This document shows positions 45,692-56,169 of a stretch of DNA of 64,000 nt, in pieces; the first letter of the stretch is position 1, and each line of letters starts with the position of its first letter. The notes beneath the pieces were generated by a model. That model was not told the origin of the DNA, searched no databases, and saw nothing but the letters and a program-made list of their open reading frames with translations. A program made the position numbers and the translations under genes. Source of the stretch: Candidatus Latescibacterota bacterium (GTDB lineage: Bacteria; Latescibacterota; UBA2968; UBA8231); NCBI GenBank assembly GCA_965200315.1, contig OZ241362.1, positions 1,216,001 through 1,280,000 of the forward strand. The letters are read 5' to 3'.

Positions 45692-48553
45692 ATGAGACGA
45701 GTTTTGCTGCTGTTCGCTGTGCTGCCAGTGCTATTACACGCCTGCGTCAGCACGGCACCGACGACCATGCAACAGGCGGCGATGGAGGCGACGACCGAGA
45801 AGTTAGAGGATCCGCAACTACCCATTGACTCGCTGGTGACCGTCGGCCAGCTAGACAACGGCCTGCGCTACGTCATTCGCAAAAACCAGAAGCCCGAAAA
45901 TCGGGTCGAGCTGCGGCTGGTGGTCGATGTAGGCTCGGTGCTGGAAGACGAAGATCAGCGGGGGTTGGCGCACTTTGTCGAGCACCAGGCCTTCAATGGC
46001 ACCAAAAACTTCGCCAAGCAGGAGTTGGTGGACTACCTAGAGCTAATCGGCATGCGCTTTGGGCCGGATCTGAATGCCTACACCAGCTTCGACGAGACGG
46101 TGTACATGCTGACCGTGCCGACCGACAGCGCCGAGGTGGTGGAAACCGCCTTCCAAATTTTGGAGGACTGGGCTCACCAGATCAGCTTTGAGGCCGAGGA
46201 AATAGACAAGGAACGGGGCGTGGTCATCGAAGAGTGGCGGCTGGGGCGCGGCGCTCAGCAGCGCATGTTCGACGAGCAAATACCCATTCTTCTGAAGGAT
46301 TCGCGCTACGCCGTGCGTCTGCCCATCGGCGAGAAGGCCGTGCTCGACACCTTTCAGCACGAGGCTCTGCGCCGCTTTTACCGCACTTGGTATCGGCCCG
46401 ACCTAATGGGTTTTGTGGCCGTCGGCGACATGGAGCCAGCCGCCATAGAGGCACTGGTACAGGAGTATTTTGCGCACATCCCCGCGGCAGAAAATCCCCC
46501 TGAGCGCACGGTGTTCCCCGTGCCTGACCACGAGGAGACGCTCTTCGCCATCGCCTCTGACCCAGAGGCCACCTACAACAGCGTCAGCATCTACTACAAA
46601 ATGGACGTGCGGCCCCAAGGGACGGTGAGCACCTACCGCCGCTCGCTGATTGAGGCCCTGTATCACCAGATGTTCAACCAGCGCCTGCACGAACTGACCA
46701 AGCTCCCCGAGCCGCCCTTTTTGGGAGCCTATTCGGGCCAAGGGCGCTGGCTGCGCTCCAAGGAGTTTTTCATCCTCGGCGCGGGCGTACCAAACAACGG
46801 TTTCGACGCCGGGCTTGAAGCCCTGCTGATTGAAGCAGCGAGAATGCGCGAGCACGGCTTTACCGCCTCCGAGCTGGAGCGCGAGAAAAAGGAAATGCTG
46901 CGCAGCATGGAGCAATCCTACCGCGAGCGCGACAAGCAGCAGTCGAGCGGTTTTGCCGCCGAATACGTGCGCCACCTGCTGACCGACGAAGCCATCCCCG
47001 GCATTGCCAAGGAATACGAACTCTACCAAGAACTGGTCCCCGGCATTGCATTGGCGGAGGTCAATGCGCTGGCCAGCGAGTGGACGAGCGAAAAAAACCG
47101 CGTGATCGCCGTGGAGGCACCCGAGCAAGAGGGCATCGCCGTGCCCAGCGAGCAAGACCTGCTGGCGATCTTCGCCGAGGTGGCGCAGCAAGAAAGCGCG
47201 CCGTACGCCGACGAGGTACCCGACGAGCCGCTCGTGGCGCAAGTGCCCACTCCGGCTGCAATCGTCGAACGCAGCCAAATCCCCGAGATCGGCGCGACTT
47301 GGTGGACGCTCTCCAACGGCATCCGCGTATGCCTGAAGCCGACGGACTTCAAAAACGATGAGATCCTCTTCCGGGCCTACAGCCCCGGCGGGCACTCGCT
47401 GGTCCCCGACGCCGACTACGTGGCGGCCTCGACTGCGACCTCGGTGGTGAGCGAGGGCGGCGTGGGGCCGTTTGACAAGATCGAACTAGAGAAGAAGCTG
47501 GCCGGCAAAGTGGTGAGGGTATCGCCGTGGATCAGCAGCTTGCGGGAGGGCATTTCTGGCTCGGCCTCGCCCGAAGATATCCAGACCATGTTCGAGCTGA
47601 TCTACGCCTTCTTCACCGCGCCGCGACAGGATAGCACCGCCTTCCAAGCCTACCAGACGCGCATGAGAGGCTCCATCCAGAACCGCAGCGCGCACCCCGA
47701 GACGGCGTTCAGCGACACCATTGTGGTCACCATGGCTCAGTATCACCACCGGGCGCGTCCCTGGTCGCTGGAGCTGCTCGACGAGATGGACTTGGCCACG
47801 TCGATGGCTGTGTACCAAGATCGCTTTGCCGATGCCGGCGACTTCTCGTTTTTCTTTGTCGGCAATTTCACCCTCGAAGAGATGGAGCCGCTGGTGCGCA
47901 CCTATTTGGGCGGCCTGCCGACCACCGGCCGAGAGGAGACGTGGCGCGATGTCGGCATTGAAGCCCCGGAAGGCGTGATCGACAAAGCGGTCTATCGCGG
48001 CATTGAACCCAAGAGCCGATCACAGATGATTTTCACCGGCCCCTTTGAATACGATGGCTGGAAAAACAACCTCGAACTCAGGGCCATGACCTCTGTGCTA
48101 CAGATCAAGCTGCGCGAGGTGTTGCGCGAGGACTTGGGCGGCACCTATGGGGTATGGGTCAGCAGCAGCGGCTCTCACTACCCGGACGAGAAGTACAGCA
48201 TCTCCATCACCTTCGGCAGCGATCCCGAGCGCGTCGAGGAACTGACGCAGGTGATCTTTGGGCAGATCGACAGCCTAAAAACCGTCGGCACCACCGACCT
48301 CTACGTCGATAAGGTCAAGGAAATGCGCAAGCGCCAGCGCGAGACAGACCTCAAGGAGAACAGCTTCTGGGTCGGGTCTCTGGAGTCGCTCGACTTCAAC
48401 GGGGTCGATCCGCGGCGGCTGATTCAGTATCCGGCGCTGGTCGATTCGCTGACTGTGGAGGCGGTCCAGCAGGCGGCGCAGAACTATTTCAACATGGACC
48501 GCTACGTGCGGGTGGTGCTCTATCCAGAGGAAGGCGAACCGGAGGAAGAGTAG
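45692..48553 (+). CDS. M16 (insulinase/PqqL-like) zinc peptidase lipoprotein
   Basis: HFVEH inverted zinc motif, NAYTSFDETVY, LREDLGGTY; lipobox LHAC. Confidence 0.92.
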   Translation: MRRVLLLFAVLPVLLHACVSTAPTTMQQAAMEATTEKLEDPQLPIDSLVTVGQLDNGLRYVIRKNQKPENRVELRLVVDVGSVLEDEDQRGLAHFVEHQAFNGTKNFAKQELVDYLELIGMRFGPDLNAYTSFDETVYMLTVPTDSAEVVETAFQILEDWAHQISFEAEEIDKERGVVIEEWRLGRGAQQRMFDEQIPILLKDSRYAVRLPIGEKAVLDTFQHEALRRFYRTWYRPDLMGFVAVGDMEPAAIEALVQEYFAHIPAAENPPERTVFPVPDHEETLFAIASDPEATYNSVSIYYKMDVRPQGTVSTYRRSLIEALYHQMFNQRLHELTKLPEPPFLGAYSGQGRWLRSKEFFILGAGVPNNGFDAGLEALLIEAARMREHGFTASELEREKKEMLRSMEQSYRERDKQQSSGFAAEYVRHLLTDEAIPGIAKEYELYQELVPGIALAEVNALASEWTSEKNRVIAVEAPEQEGIAVPSEQDLLAIFAEVAQQESAPYADEVPDEPLVAQVPTPAAIVERSQIPEIGATWWTLSNGIRVCLKPTDFKNDEILFRAYSPGGHSLVPDADYVAASTATSVVSEGGVGPFDKIELEKKLAGKVVRVSPWISSLREGISGSASPEDIQTMFELIYAFFTAPRQDSTAFQAYQTRMRGSIQNRSAHPETAFSDTIVVTMAQYHHRARPWSLELLDEMDLATSMAVYQDRFADAGDFSFFFVGNFTLEEMEPLVRTYLGGLPTTGREETWRDVGIEAPEGVIDKAVYRGIEPKSRSQMIFTGPFEYDGWKNNLELRAMTSVLQIKLREVLREDLGGTYGVWVSSSGSHYPDEKYSISITFGSDPERVEELTQVIFGQIDSLKTVGTTDLYVDKVKEMRKRQRETDLKENSFWVGSLESLDFNGVDPRRLIQYPALVDSLTVEAVQQAAQNYFNMDRYVRVVLYPEEGEPEEE

Positions 48554-48555
48554 GG

Positions 48556-49530
48556 CTACGATCGAGATTCTAAACTGCGAATAGACTCAATGCGTCTATC
48601 CAAATTTATGATAGATCGTCCCATTATTTGGTAGCGATCTATTCCCATACGAGTCAAGAACGATGCAGGAATACTTAATAGGCCACCATCAAGAAATGCT
48701 ACAAGTGCGCCAGCCCCAATAGCGGCTCCAGATTTTACGGCTCTCGATAATCCATCCTGCATCGCAATATCAAAAGTTTTTCGCCCCATCAGGACCTTGC
48801 GTCCTTCTCCTACTGCAATTAAAACAAAAGGTAAACCGGGTAAAACAGTTTCAAGCAATTCTTCTATTGGTCCGTCAAGAAGATCTTCCATAGGAGCACT
48901 TATAGTCTCCTCTAGTGCTTCATCTGAAAAGCCACTAGAGAATATATTTTGCGTCGTATCCCCCCCAGCATTAAACACTTCGTCCGTTGTTAGCACGTCA
49001 ATATCTGGATAACGTTCTAATGCTTCTTTGACATAAGAGAGAGACTCAGTGGCTTTTAATTGGAGTCCTTGGGCAACCGAGCCATCACTGTTAATTATTT
49101 GCAGATCCCATCCCGGCTGTGTTGCGCTTTCCGCTAGCAGAGCTGTCTGTCCTGGTTCCAAGTGAATATCACCCACCCATTCACCTGCATTCAGTTCATC
49201 TCGAACGAGAACTTCAAAATACTTCCCTTTCCAAGCCGAGAGAAACCCTTCGACCTCATCAGGTGAGCGATCCGCTAGAGATGAAAGATCAACATTTGGA
49301 TAAGCTAAGCTGAACGCCTCAGCCATCTGTGGGGTAACTTGAGACATATCAATCTGATCGGTAAGGAATAGCGCACTCACGGCCGTAGCTGCTGCGGCTG
49401 TGTCAATAAGTGCCTGTTCACGCTTTTTGACGTAGTGCTGATAAAGTTCCACTATAGCATCTCTAACCGATTGATCTGATCCGCGATTGTTTCGATACCG
49501 ATTGGCAAGAGACCTTAACTTATTATCCAT
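48556..49530 (-). CDS. Hypothetical protein with PD-(D/E)xK-like motif and hydrophobic C-terminus (low GC)
   Basis: KGKYFE...QPGWDL...LQLKAT; GAAIGAGALV glycine-zipper-like segment. Confidence 0.7.
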   Translation of the reverse strand: MDNKLRSLANRYRNNRGSDQSVRDAIVELYQHYVKKREQALIDTAAAATAVSALFLTDQIDMSQVTPQMAEAFSLAYPNVDLSSLADRSPDEVEGFLSAWKGKYFEVLVRDELNAGEWVGDIHLEPGQTALLAESATQPGWDLQIINSDGSVAQGLQLKATESLSYVKEALERYPDIDVLTTDEVFNAGGDTTQNIFSSGFSDEALEETISAPMEDLLDGPIEELLETVLPGLPFVLIAVGEGRKVLMGRKTFDIAMQDGLSRAVKSGAAIGAGALVAFLDGGLLSIPASFLTRMGIDRYQIMGRSIINLDRRIESIRSLESRS

Positions 49531-49808
49531 ATAACTACCCCCACACCGATAACGAAAACATATGAGAGGATACAGAGGATTCGTAACTGTTGAACTTGCC
49601 CATGCAGCTTTTTTACCTGAGATTTGAGCTGAATTTGCTCATGCAAATTTTCTTCCTGAGAATTGAATTGTTGCTCGTGCTTTTCAAGTAGGGTATTCTG
49701 TCTCTCTAACTCTTTGTGTAAGCCGAGTAGAACTTCCCCATATACTTCGCTGTACTCCCCTATCTTCTTTTCTACAGCTTTACCACTGATTTTTTCCAAG
49801 AATTTCAT
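49515..49808 (-). CDS. Small coiled-coil protein with C-terminal TM helix (low GC)
   Basis: Gln/Glu/Leu heptads followed by ILCILSYVFVIGVGVVIWII; overlaps the downstream gene. Confidence 0.7.
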   Translation of the reverse strand: MKFLEKISGKAVEKKIGEYSEVYGEVLLGLHKELERQNTLLEKHEQQFNSQEENLHEQIQLKSQVKKLHGQVQQLRILCILSYVFVIGVGVVIWIIS

Positions 49809-50052
49809 AGAGCTATCTCCTATTTCAGATTCCAGCAATTTTTTCTAGCGCACACCGCCTCAATGTGTTTAGACCACTGCTGGTATTGATAAGGCTTCTG
49901 GCATTGGCCCATGAATATGAGAAATTCATCTGCTAATTGCCGACGATTGACCCACGTTTCCTTCCCATCCTTATTATAAACAGAAAAAATTACAGGATCG
50001 CACAAGCGCTGGAGCAAAGCCTGTCCGAGTAATCCAGTCGACAATTAGCTCT

Positions 50053-51018
50053 CTAACCTCCGCCGCGCCCGCCATACAAATCCCGCACCCGGCTCACCAC
50101 CACGGCCAACAAGATAATTGACCCCAAAAACGCCTGCTCGTAATAGACGTTGGCTTCCAGCATCACCAAGCCGTTTTTGATGAGGACGATGATGACCGCT
50201 CCCAGCAGCAGGCCCAGTGCCGAGATGCGCCCACCAGCCAGCCCCGTCCCGCCGACAATGGCCACTGCAAAGCTGGTGATCAGCCAGTCCTTACCCGTCG
50301 CCGGTTGCGCCGAGCCCATCCGCGAGACCCACAACACCGCGGCCAGCGCCCCCACGCCGCCCGACAGCACGTGTGACAGCAAAATCATCCGGTCGGTATG
50401 GCTCCCCGCCAGCCGAGCCGCCTCTTGATTCCCCCCGGTCGCCAACAGCCGCCGCCCGAAAACCGTGTGCCGGAATACGTAGTGCGTCGCCAGCAGCACC
50501 AGCCCCATCGTCCAGAACAAATTCGACAGCCCCAAAAACTTCTGCCGCCCCAAAAAGGTGAATGCCCGAGGAATGTCTGTATAGGCGTAGCCTTCGGAAA
50601 ACCCATGCACTAGCCCTGTAAAGACAAAAAGCGTGGCCAGCGTAGCGATAAAGGAATTGATCTGCAACCGCGTGATGATGACTCCGTTGACCCACCCGGC
50701 CGCGCCGCCAATCCCGAGTGCCACCAGCGCCGCTAACCACCCCGGCAAACCCAACACCTGAATGCAATATCCAGTGGCGATGGTCGCCAAGCCGCCGATG
50801 GCTCCCACGGACAGATTCATCCCCCCGGCAACCAGCACCACCGCCTGAGCCAGCGCCACCAACACCGAGAACGCAACAATCCGCGAGATATTGAAGAGGT
50901 TGTACGCCGACAGGAAGCTCTCCGAGCTGAGCGCACATCCCACAAACAGCAACCCCGCCGACAAGGCGATCCCGGCGTCGTTGTGCCGCATGAGTCTGCG
51001 TAAGCGTTCCATAGTCAA
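50053..51018 (-). CDS. Sugar ABC transporter permease (RbsC-like)
   Basis: MNLSVG, GGNQEAARLAG, AIVGGTGL.GG. Confidence 0.92.
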   Translation of the reverse strand: MTMERLRRLMRHNDAGIALSAGLLFVGCALSSESFLSAYNLFNISRIVAFSVLVALAQAVVLVAGGMNLSVGAIGGLATIATGYCIQVLGLPGWLAALVALGIGGAAGWVNGVIITRLQINSFIATLATLFVFTGLVHGFSEGYAYTDIPRAFTFLGRQKFLGLSNLFWTMGLVLLATHYVFRHTVFGRRLLATGGNQEAARLAGSHTDRMILLSHVLSGGVGALAAVLWVSRMGSAQPATGKDWLITSFAVAIVGGTGLAGGRISALGLLLGAVIIVLIKNGLVMLEANVYYEQAFLGSIILLAVVVSRVRDLYGGRGGG

Positions 51019-52511
51019 TTCAGATGGCGGCCGATTTCGCGGCTCGTCGCGTCGTAGTCGCCCGTGCTGGCGATCTCGCCGACGATCTGCTTGTCCTTAA
51101 AGACGAGGATCCGCCCGGCCAAGCCGATGATCTCCGGCATGTCCGACGAGATCAAAATGATCGCCTTGCCCTCTTTGGCAGCCAAGTCCCACAGCAAGCG
51201 GTGGATCTGCGCCTTGGCTTGGATATCCACCCCAACGGTCGGCTCATCGACAATCAGGATGTCGCACCCGGCCGCCAGCCACTTGCCCAAGCTGACTTTC
51301 TGCTGATTGCCGCCGCTGAGGTGGTTTACCTCCTGCTCCAAGCCCGGCGTGCGAATATCCAGCGCCGCGACCATGGCCTGCGCGGCTTGGGTCTCCGCCC
51401 GGTCGTCGATCCGGCGGGTGAACTTGCCGACGATCCGTTCCCATATAGTAACGCCGAGATTGGTGCGCACGGCTGAGTCCAGCAGCAGGCCCTCTTCTTT
51501 GCGGTTTTCGGTTACGTAGCCCATGCGGTATTTGTACAGGCTGTCGGCCACCGAGCCGATTCGCGCTTTGGCCCCGTGGATATAGACGGCCCCGCGCTCG
51601 GCCTGCTCGGCTCCCACCACCAGCCGCGCCAGTTCGGTGCGCCCGGCTCCCACCAAGCCGTACCATCCCAGAATTTCGCCAGCGTAGAGCGAAAAGCTCG
51701 CTCCGTGCGCCCGGCCCGGCGCGTACATTCCCTCGGCCCGGAGCACCTCCCGCATCCGGTCCACCGCTGGAATACCAAACGAAGCCGTCTCCGGCCGCCG
51801 GCCAATCATCATCTCGATCAGCTCGGCGCGTGGCAGCCCGGCCAACGCCCTCGTGCCCACGTGTCGCCCGTCGCGCAGCACACTGACCTGATCGGCGATC
51901 TGATAAACCTCGTCGAACTTGTGCGAGACAAAGACAATGGCCACGCCCGCCTCCTGTAACTGGCGCAAAATGCCAAACAGGCGGGCTGCTTCGTGCTCGG
52001 TAAGCGACGACGTCGGCTCGTCTAATAGCAACACCCGCGCTTCGGCCGACAGCACCCGGGCGATCTGCACGAGTTGCTTGTGCGCCGCGCTTAAATCGCC
52101 AATGGGCACTTGCGGGTCCATGTCCAGCCCAACCCGCGCCATGGCCCCCCGCGCATAGTCGTCGAGCCGCGGCCATTCGAGGCGGCCCCACCGGCTGAAG
52201 GCTTCTAACTTGTCGAGCGCGATGTTCTCAGCGACGCTGGCCTCGGCCACTACCTGAATCTCTTGGTGGACGAGGCCAATGCCTCGGTCGAGACAGTCGC
52301 GGCAGTTGCGCACGCGCAGCGGCGTACCGTCAAAGAGCATCCGCCCAGCGTCGGGCTGGTATATCCCAGTGACAATTTTGAGTAGGGTGCTCTTGCCCGC
52401 GCCGTTTTCCCCAACTAGGGCGTGGATCTGGCCCGGCTGGAATGCAAGCGACACATCGTCGAGTGCCCGGACGCCGGGGAAACGCTTGCTGATGGATTGC
52501 AGTTCGAGCAC
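51015..52511 (-). CDS. Sugar ABC transporter ATP-binding protein (RbsA-like)
   Basis: GENGAGKST, LDEPT, LSGGNQQK, DEPTVGVD. Confidence 0.94.
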   Translation of the reverse strand: MLELQSISKRFPGVRALDDVSLAFQPGQIHALVGENGAGKSTLLKIVTGIYQPDAGRMLFDGTPLRVRNCRDCLDRGIGLVHQEIQVVAEASVAENIALDKLEAFSRWGRLEWPRLDDYARGAMARVGLDMDPQVPIGDLSAAHKQLVQIARVLSAEARVLLLDEPTSSLTEHEAARLFGILRQLQEAGVAIVFVSHKFDEVYQIADQVSVLRDGRHVGTRALAGLPRAELIEMMIGRRPETASFGIPAVDRMREVLRAEGMYAPGRAHGASFSLYAGEILGWYGLVGAGRTELARLVVGAEQAERGAVYIHGAKARIGSVADSLYKYRMGYVTENRKEEGLLLDSAVRTNLGVTIWERIVGKFTRRIDDRAETQAAQAMVAALDIRTPGLEQEVNHLSGGNQQKVSLGKWLAAGCDILIVDEPTVGVDIQAKAQIHRLLWDLAAKEGKAIILISSDMPEIIGLAGRILVFKDKQIVGEIASTGDYDATSREIGRHLN

Positions 52512-52514
52512 AAA

Positions 52515-53543
52515 TCAGCGGGGCGGGCTGAGGTACTTGGTCTCCAATTCGCCCATAATCCGCACGGTTATGGCCCTGACCTCGTCCTCAAAGGTATCGA
52601 CGTTGTCCTTGGTCACCAGCACCGTGCCCGAGTTGATGAAGTAGCGGTCGGGATTGGCTTGCCAGCCGTCGAGCAGATAGCTCAGCAGCGCGCACGTGAT
52701 GTAGCCGTGGCCGTAGGGATTCTGCGAGATGGTCGCGTCAATGGCCCCTTGGCGGATCGCGTCGAGCACCACCGAGTCCGTGTCGATGCCGACAAAGTGG
52801 ATGCGCTTGTTGTCCGGGGTTTGGCTTCGACCTGAGCTCAGCTGAAGGTTCCACTCCGACAGGATGGTCGCCGCAGCCACGGTCGGCGTGTACCCAGTGC
52901 AAATTACGCCGTCTATCTCCTCAATCCGCGCCGAGAGCGCGTCTTGGATTTTGGCGGTGCTAGTCTCAATCGATTCCATGCCGGCGATTTCTTGGACGAT
53001 CTGGACCGCTGGATATTTGGCCACCGCCGCTTCGACGCCTTCTTTGCGCAGGATGGTATTGGGGTCTTCGACCAGTTCGAGCACGTTGAGGATGTTGCCC
53101 TTGCCGCCCATAAAGCCAATCAGTGCCTCGGTGGCCTCCATGGCCGCTTGTTTGACATCGGTAGCCACGCAAAACGAAGCGGGCGTTGGCCGCGTCGTCG
53201 GTGCTCCATAACTGACGACATAGGCCCCGTTTTGCACCAACTCTTCGTACAGTCCGTTGGCGGCACTGGCGTCGGCTGGGTAAATCGAAAATCCCTTGTA
53301 ACCCTGAGCGGCCAGCGGCTCGACGTTGGCGTTTTCGTTGTCTTGGGTCCAGTTTTGGCCGATCTGACGCTTGATCTTGATCCCGGTGTCGCGCTCATAG
53401 CCGATTACCCCTTTTTGCACCTCTTCGACGTAGGGGTGGACCATCAGGGCGTACCAGACGATTCTTTTATCCGTAGGCTCGTCGCCTTGGCCGCCGCACC
53501 CAGCGACGACAAGCGCAGCGGCCCAAATCAGTAGCAGGCGCAT
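52515..53543 (-). CDS. Sugar ABC transporter substrate-binding lipoprotein
   Basis: Lipobox VAGC; FVGID, ATISQNPYGHG periplasmic-binding-protein motifs. Confidence 0.9.
   Translation of the reverse strand: MRLLLIWAAALVVAGCGGQGDEPTDKRIVWYALMVHPYVEEVQKGVIGYERDTGIKIKRQIGQNWTQDNENANVEPLAAQGYKGFSIYPADASAANGLYEELVQNGAYVVSYGAPTTRPTPASFCVATDVKQAAMEATEALIGFMGGKGNILNVLELVEDPNTILRKEGVEAAVAKYPAVQIVQEIAGMESIETSTAKIQDALSARIEEIDGVICTGYTPTVAAATILSEWNLQLSSGRSQTPDNKRIHFVGIDTDSVVLDAIRQGAIDATISQNPYGHGYITCALLSYLLDGWQANPDRYFINSGTVLVTKDNVDTFEDEVRAITVRIMGELETKYLSPPR
52823..52846 (-). repeat. 24-bp palindromic element inserted in frame in the sugar-binding protein gene
   Basis: Coding strand TTCAGCTGAGCTCAGGTCGAAGCC; matches 30344-30367. 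Confidence 0.8.
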
Positions 53544-53565
53544 GCAGACCCTCCACTGCCTGTGC

Positions 53566-56142
53566 TCAGTACGCCACAGAGACCGTCTTGAGCACCTGCG
53601 AGTCTCTGACCTGCGCTCCCTCGATATCCGTATCCACGCTCAACTGCACCAAATACAGACCCGGTGGCACCATGCGCCCGCCGTCGTCCCGGCCATCCCA
53701 CTCGATTTCATAGGTCCCGGTGCTAAATGGGCGCTCTTGCGCGAGACGCCGTATTTGGCGTCCTCCCAAATCGTATATCTCAGCGGCTACCGGACTATCG
53801 TCGCCGACTCGCACGACGTTGAAGGTAAAGACCGTGCGGTCGTTGATCCCGTCGCCGTTGGGCGAAAAGGCACCCGGCAGCACCTCCACATCCGTGAGCA
53901 GAGCGTTGTGCTCCACAGTAGCGATAATCGTCGTGGTGTTGCCGACAACCTGCGTTAGGGCCTCCCCCGGGTCGATCCGCTGCCAGGCACCGCCGCCGTC
54001 TGCGCTGCTATTGCGCAGGGCTGCCTGCAACACCGCGCCAGTGACAAAAAGGGCCGTCTCAAAATCCAGCCGCAGCACTTCCGTCGATCCATTGGGCTGT
54101 ATCGCATCAAAGCGCACGTGCAGCGAGTCTCGACCCGTAGGGATGACCTCAATCCCGGTCAGTGAGCTTGGGCTCGCCTCGCCATCGAAATCGACCACCC
54201 GACCGCCGTAAAGACCCACCATATCCAACTCCATATTCGACGGTGCCAACAACAATAGCTCGTCAAAACCTGGATCACGGCGGTCAAACTCCGGCCGCAC
54301 ATAAAACGAAAACGGCCGTTGCATCCCTAGTTCATTCACCTCGAACGGGCCAATCTCTCCGAGCAGACGCTGGGCCACGGGATTGGCGAAGTTGAGATGG
54401 ACCGAGCGCAGCGTTGGGCTTATCTCCGGGTCTTCCGACAGCAAGGTCGCCTGCAGGGTCAGGAACTCCCTCGGCGACGGCGAGGTAATCGGACTGCCTG
54501 CCAGATTCTCGTAGGGCGCACTCCAACTGCTCCAATCGCTGCCGGGCACCTGCTCGGCGACGATATCGCCCTTGAACAGCGACAGCAGCTTGTTGTACTC
54601 GCTTTCGGTCACTTCCGTGCCATCTTTTTTGAAATAGTGCAGGATTTCGCCCAATTCATTGCCCGTGCGCGTCTGAATTAGCACTTGGGTGCCGGGGGGC
54701 GTGTCGGCATCCCATTCAATCGACAGCAGGTTGCGGCTACCGCCCAAGCGAATCAGGTCTGACCGCAGCGAGACTTGCGGCTGGAAGCCTTCGCCGTAAA
54801 GCTGCAACTCGGATATATCGGCCGTGCGGGCCCCAATGGCATTCAAGGTCCACTGAAAGCGGCCAAACCGCGCCTTGATCGGCTCGAACGCCTCGCCTTC
54901 AAACCGCGACCAAGGCCGCGACCCCAGCGACGCCTTGGTGGTCCACTGAAGGCTGCCGTCGGGTGCGAGGGTCCCATCGGAAAAATCCATCCGATAGCTG
55001 GGGAACAAGCCGCCGTTGTAAATCAGGCGGAAGGTATCGACCCAATAAAAGGAGCCCAAGTCGAAGACTAGCTCCAACTCGGGATCAGCCACCGCAGTGG
55101 AAACCCCGTAAAAGATGCGGTTGAAGGTCGCCAAGTCGCCATCGACGAACTTGGTCAAGGCCAGCGGCTGCTTCGCATTGGTAGAGATGACTCCGCCGCG
55201 GGCGAGGATGCCGGCGGTTAGCTCGTCCCCTTCGTTCCATACTTCCAGTTCGGCCAAGCGGGGCAATTCCCGGCGATAGTAGCGAATGCTGCCCCGGCGC
55301 TCCTCGGCCAGTATGTCGTACAGGTCTTGGTCGACGGGGACTTCGCGGCCATCGGGCTGGCGCTTGAAGTGCTGGAGCGCACCGCGCGTCTCTGCATTGA
55401 GGGTTTCGTATTCATCGGCCGAGACTTCCGTGCCGAGCAGCCCGTCGGTATCCGTGACTAAAATCTGCACAAAGCGCACGGCCGCGGCCTGCACGGCGGG
55501 CTGTTCATTCGTTAGATCGACCGTAAAGACCCGCTGGCTCTTGTTTTTGCTCAAGGTCCGCAACACAGTCTTAAAGGCCGGGTTTTCGCTGTTTTGCAAG
55601 CGCGCCGGCTTCAGCCCGTCGGAGATGAGCACCTCGAAGAGGAGAAAGGGATCGCCCATGCCCTCCTCGACAAAGCGCACCACGAGTTCCTTGGCAAAAA
55701 CCACGCGGCCCAAGTCAATAACAAACCACCACTGCGAAGCTAAGTCCCTGTCGGCCGAAGGCGAATCGGGCTGCCAATAGGTGGTGATGTCGCCATCGAG
55801 CAGGTTGATCACATCGGCGACATTGGAGCCACCCTTGACGGCATCGGCGAGGACGATCTCGTCGGTTTCTTTGCCGCCGAGGGAGGCCGGCGGATTAAAG
55901 CGCAAATAATCGACAATGTCGAACACGGCATTGGTATTTTTCTCAATGCGCCGGGCGCACACTTCTTCGTCCGGAGAAATCGTCAAGGTCCCTGGGGCAA
56001 ATTCCCAGTTCTGCCAGTGGTCGCGGCCATTGATCACGACCTGATTGCCGCTGACCCGGTGGCCGGCCTGTTGGGCGTACACGGCGGCCCCGGCCAGTGC
56101 GATAGCTAGCCCAATGAAAAGGGCGCGTCCGAAAATAGTCAT
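53566..56142 (-). CDS. Secreted protein with discoidin-like segments and C-terminal FlgD-Ig-like domain
   Basis: Signal peptide; NLLDGDITTYW, IDLG; FSPNGDGIND...IYDLGGR...WDGRDD...PPGLY. Confidence 0.8.
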   Translation of the reverse strand: MTIFGRALFIGLAIALAGAAVYAQQAGHRVSGNQVVINGRDHWQNWEFAPGTLTISPDEEVCARRIEKNTNAVFDIVDYLRFNPPASLGGKETDEIVLADAVKGGSNVADVINLLDGDITTYWQPDSPSADRDLASQWWFVIDLGRVVFAKELVVRFVEEGMGDPFLLFEVLISDGLKPARLQNSENPAFKTVLRTLSKNKSQRVFTVDLTNEQPAVQAAAVRFVQILVTDTDGLLGTEVSADEYETLNAETRGALQHFKRQPDGREVPVDQDLYDILAEERRGSIRYYRRELPRLAELEVWNEGDELTAGILARGGVISTNAKQPLALTKFVDGDLATFNRIFYGVSTAVADPELELVFDLGSFYWVDTFRLIYNGGLFPSYRMDFSDGTLAPDGSLQWTTKASLGSRPWSRFEGEAFEPIKARFGRFQWTLNAIGARTADISELQLYGEGFQPQVSLRSDLIRLGGSRNLLSIEWDADTPPGTQVLIQTRTGNELGEILHYFKKDGTEVTESEYNKLLSLFKGDIVAEQVPGSDWSSWSAPYENLAGSPITSPSPREFLTLQATLLSEDPEISPTLRSVHLNFANPVAQRLLGEIGPFEVNELGMQRPFSFYVRPEFDRRDPGFDELLLLAPSNMELDMVGLYGGRVVDFDGEASPSSLTGIEVIPTGRDSLHVRFDAIQPNGSTEVLRLDFETALFVTGAVLQAALRNSSADGGGAWQRIDPGEALTQVVGNTTTIIATVEHNALLTDVEVLPGAFSPNGDGINDRTVFTFNVVRVGDDSPVAAEIYDLGGRQIRRLAQERPFSTGTYEIEWDGRDDGGRMVPPGLYLVQLSVDTDIEGAQVRDSQVLKTVSVAY

Positions 56143-56169
56143 ATCGTTTCCCGTTGTGTTCTAAGAGGC

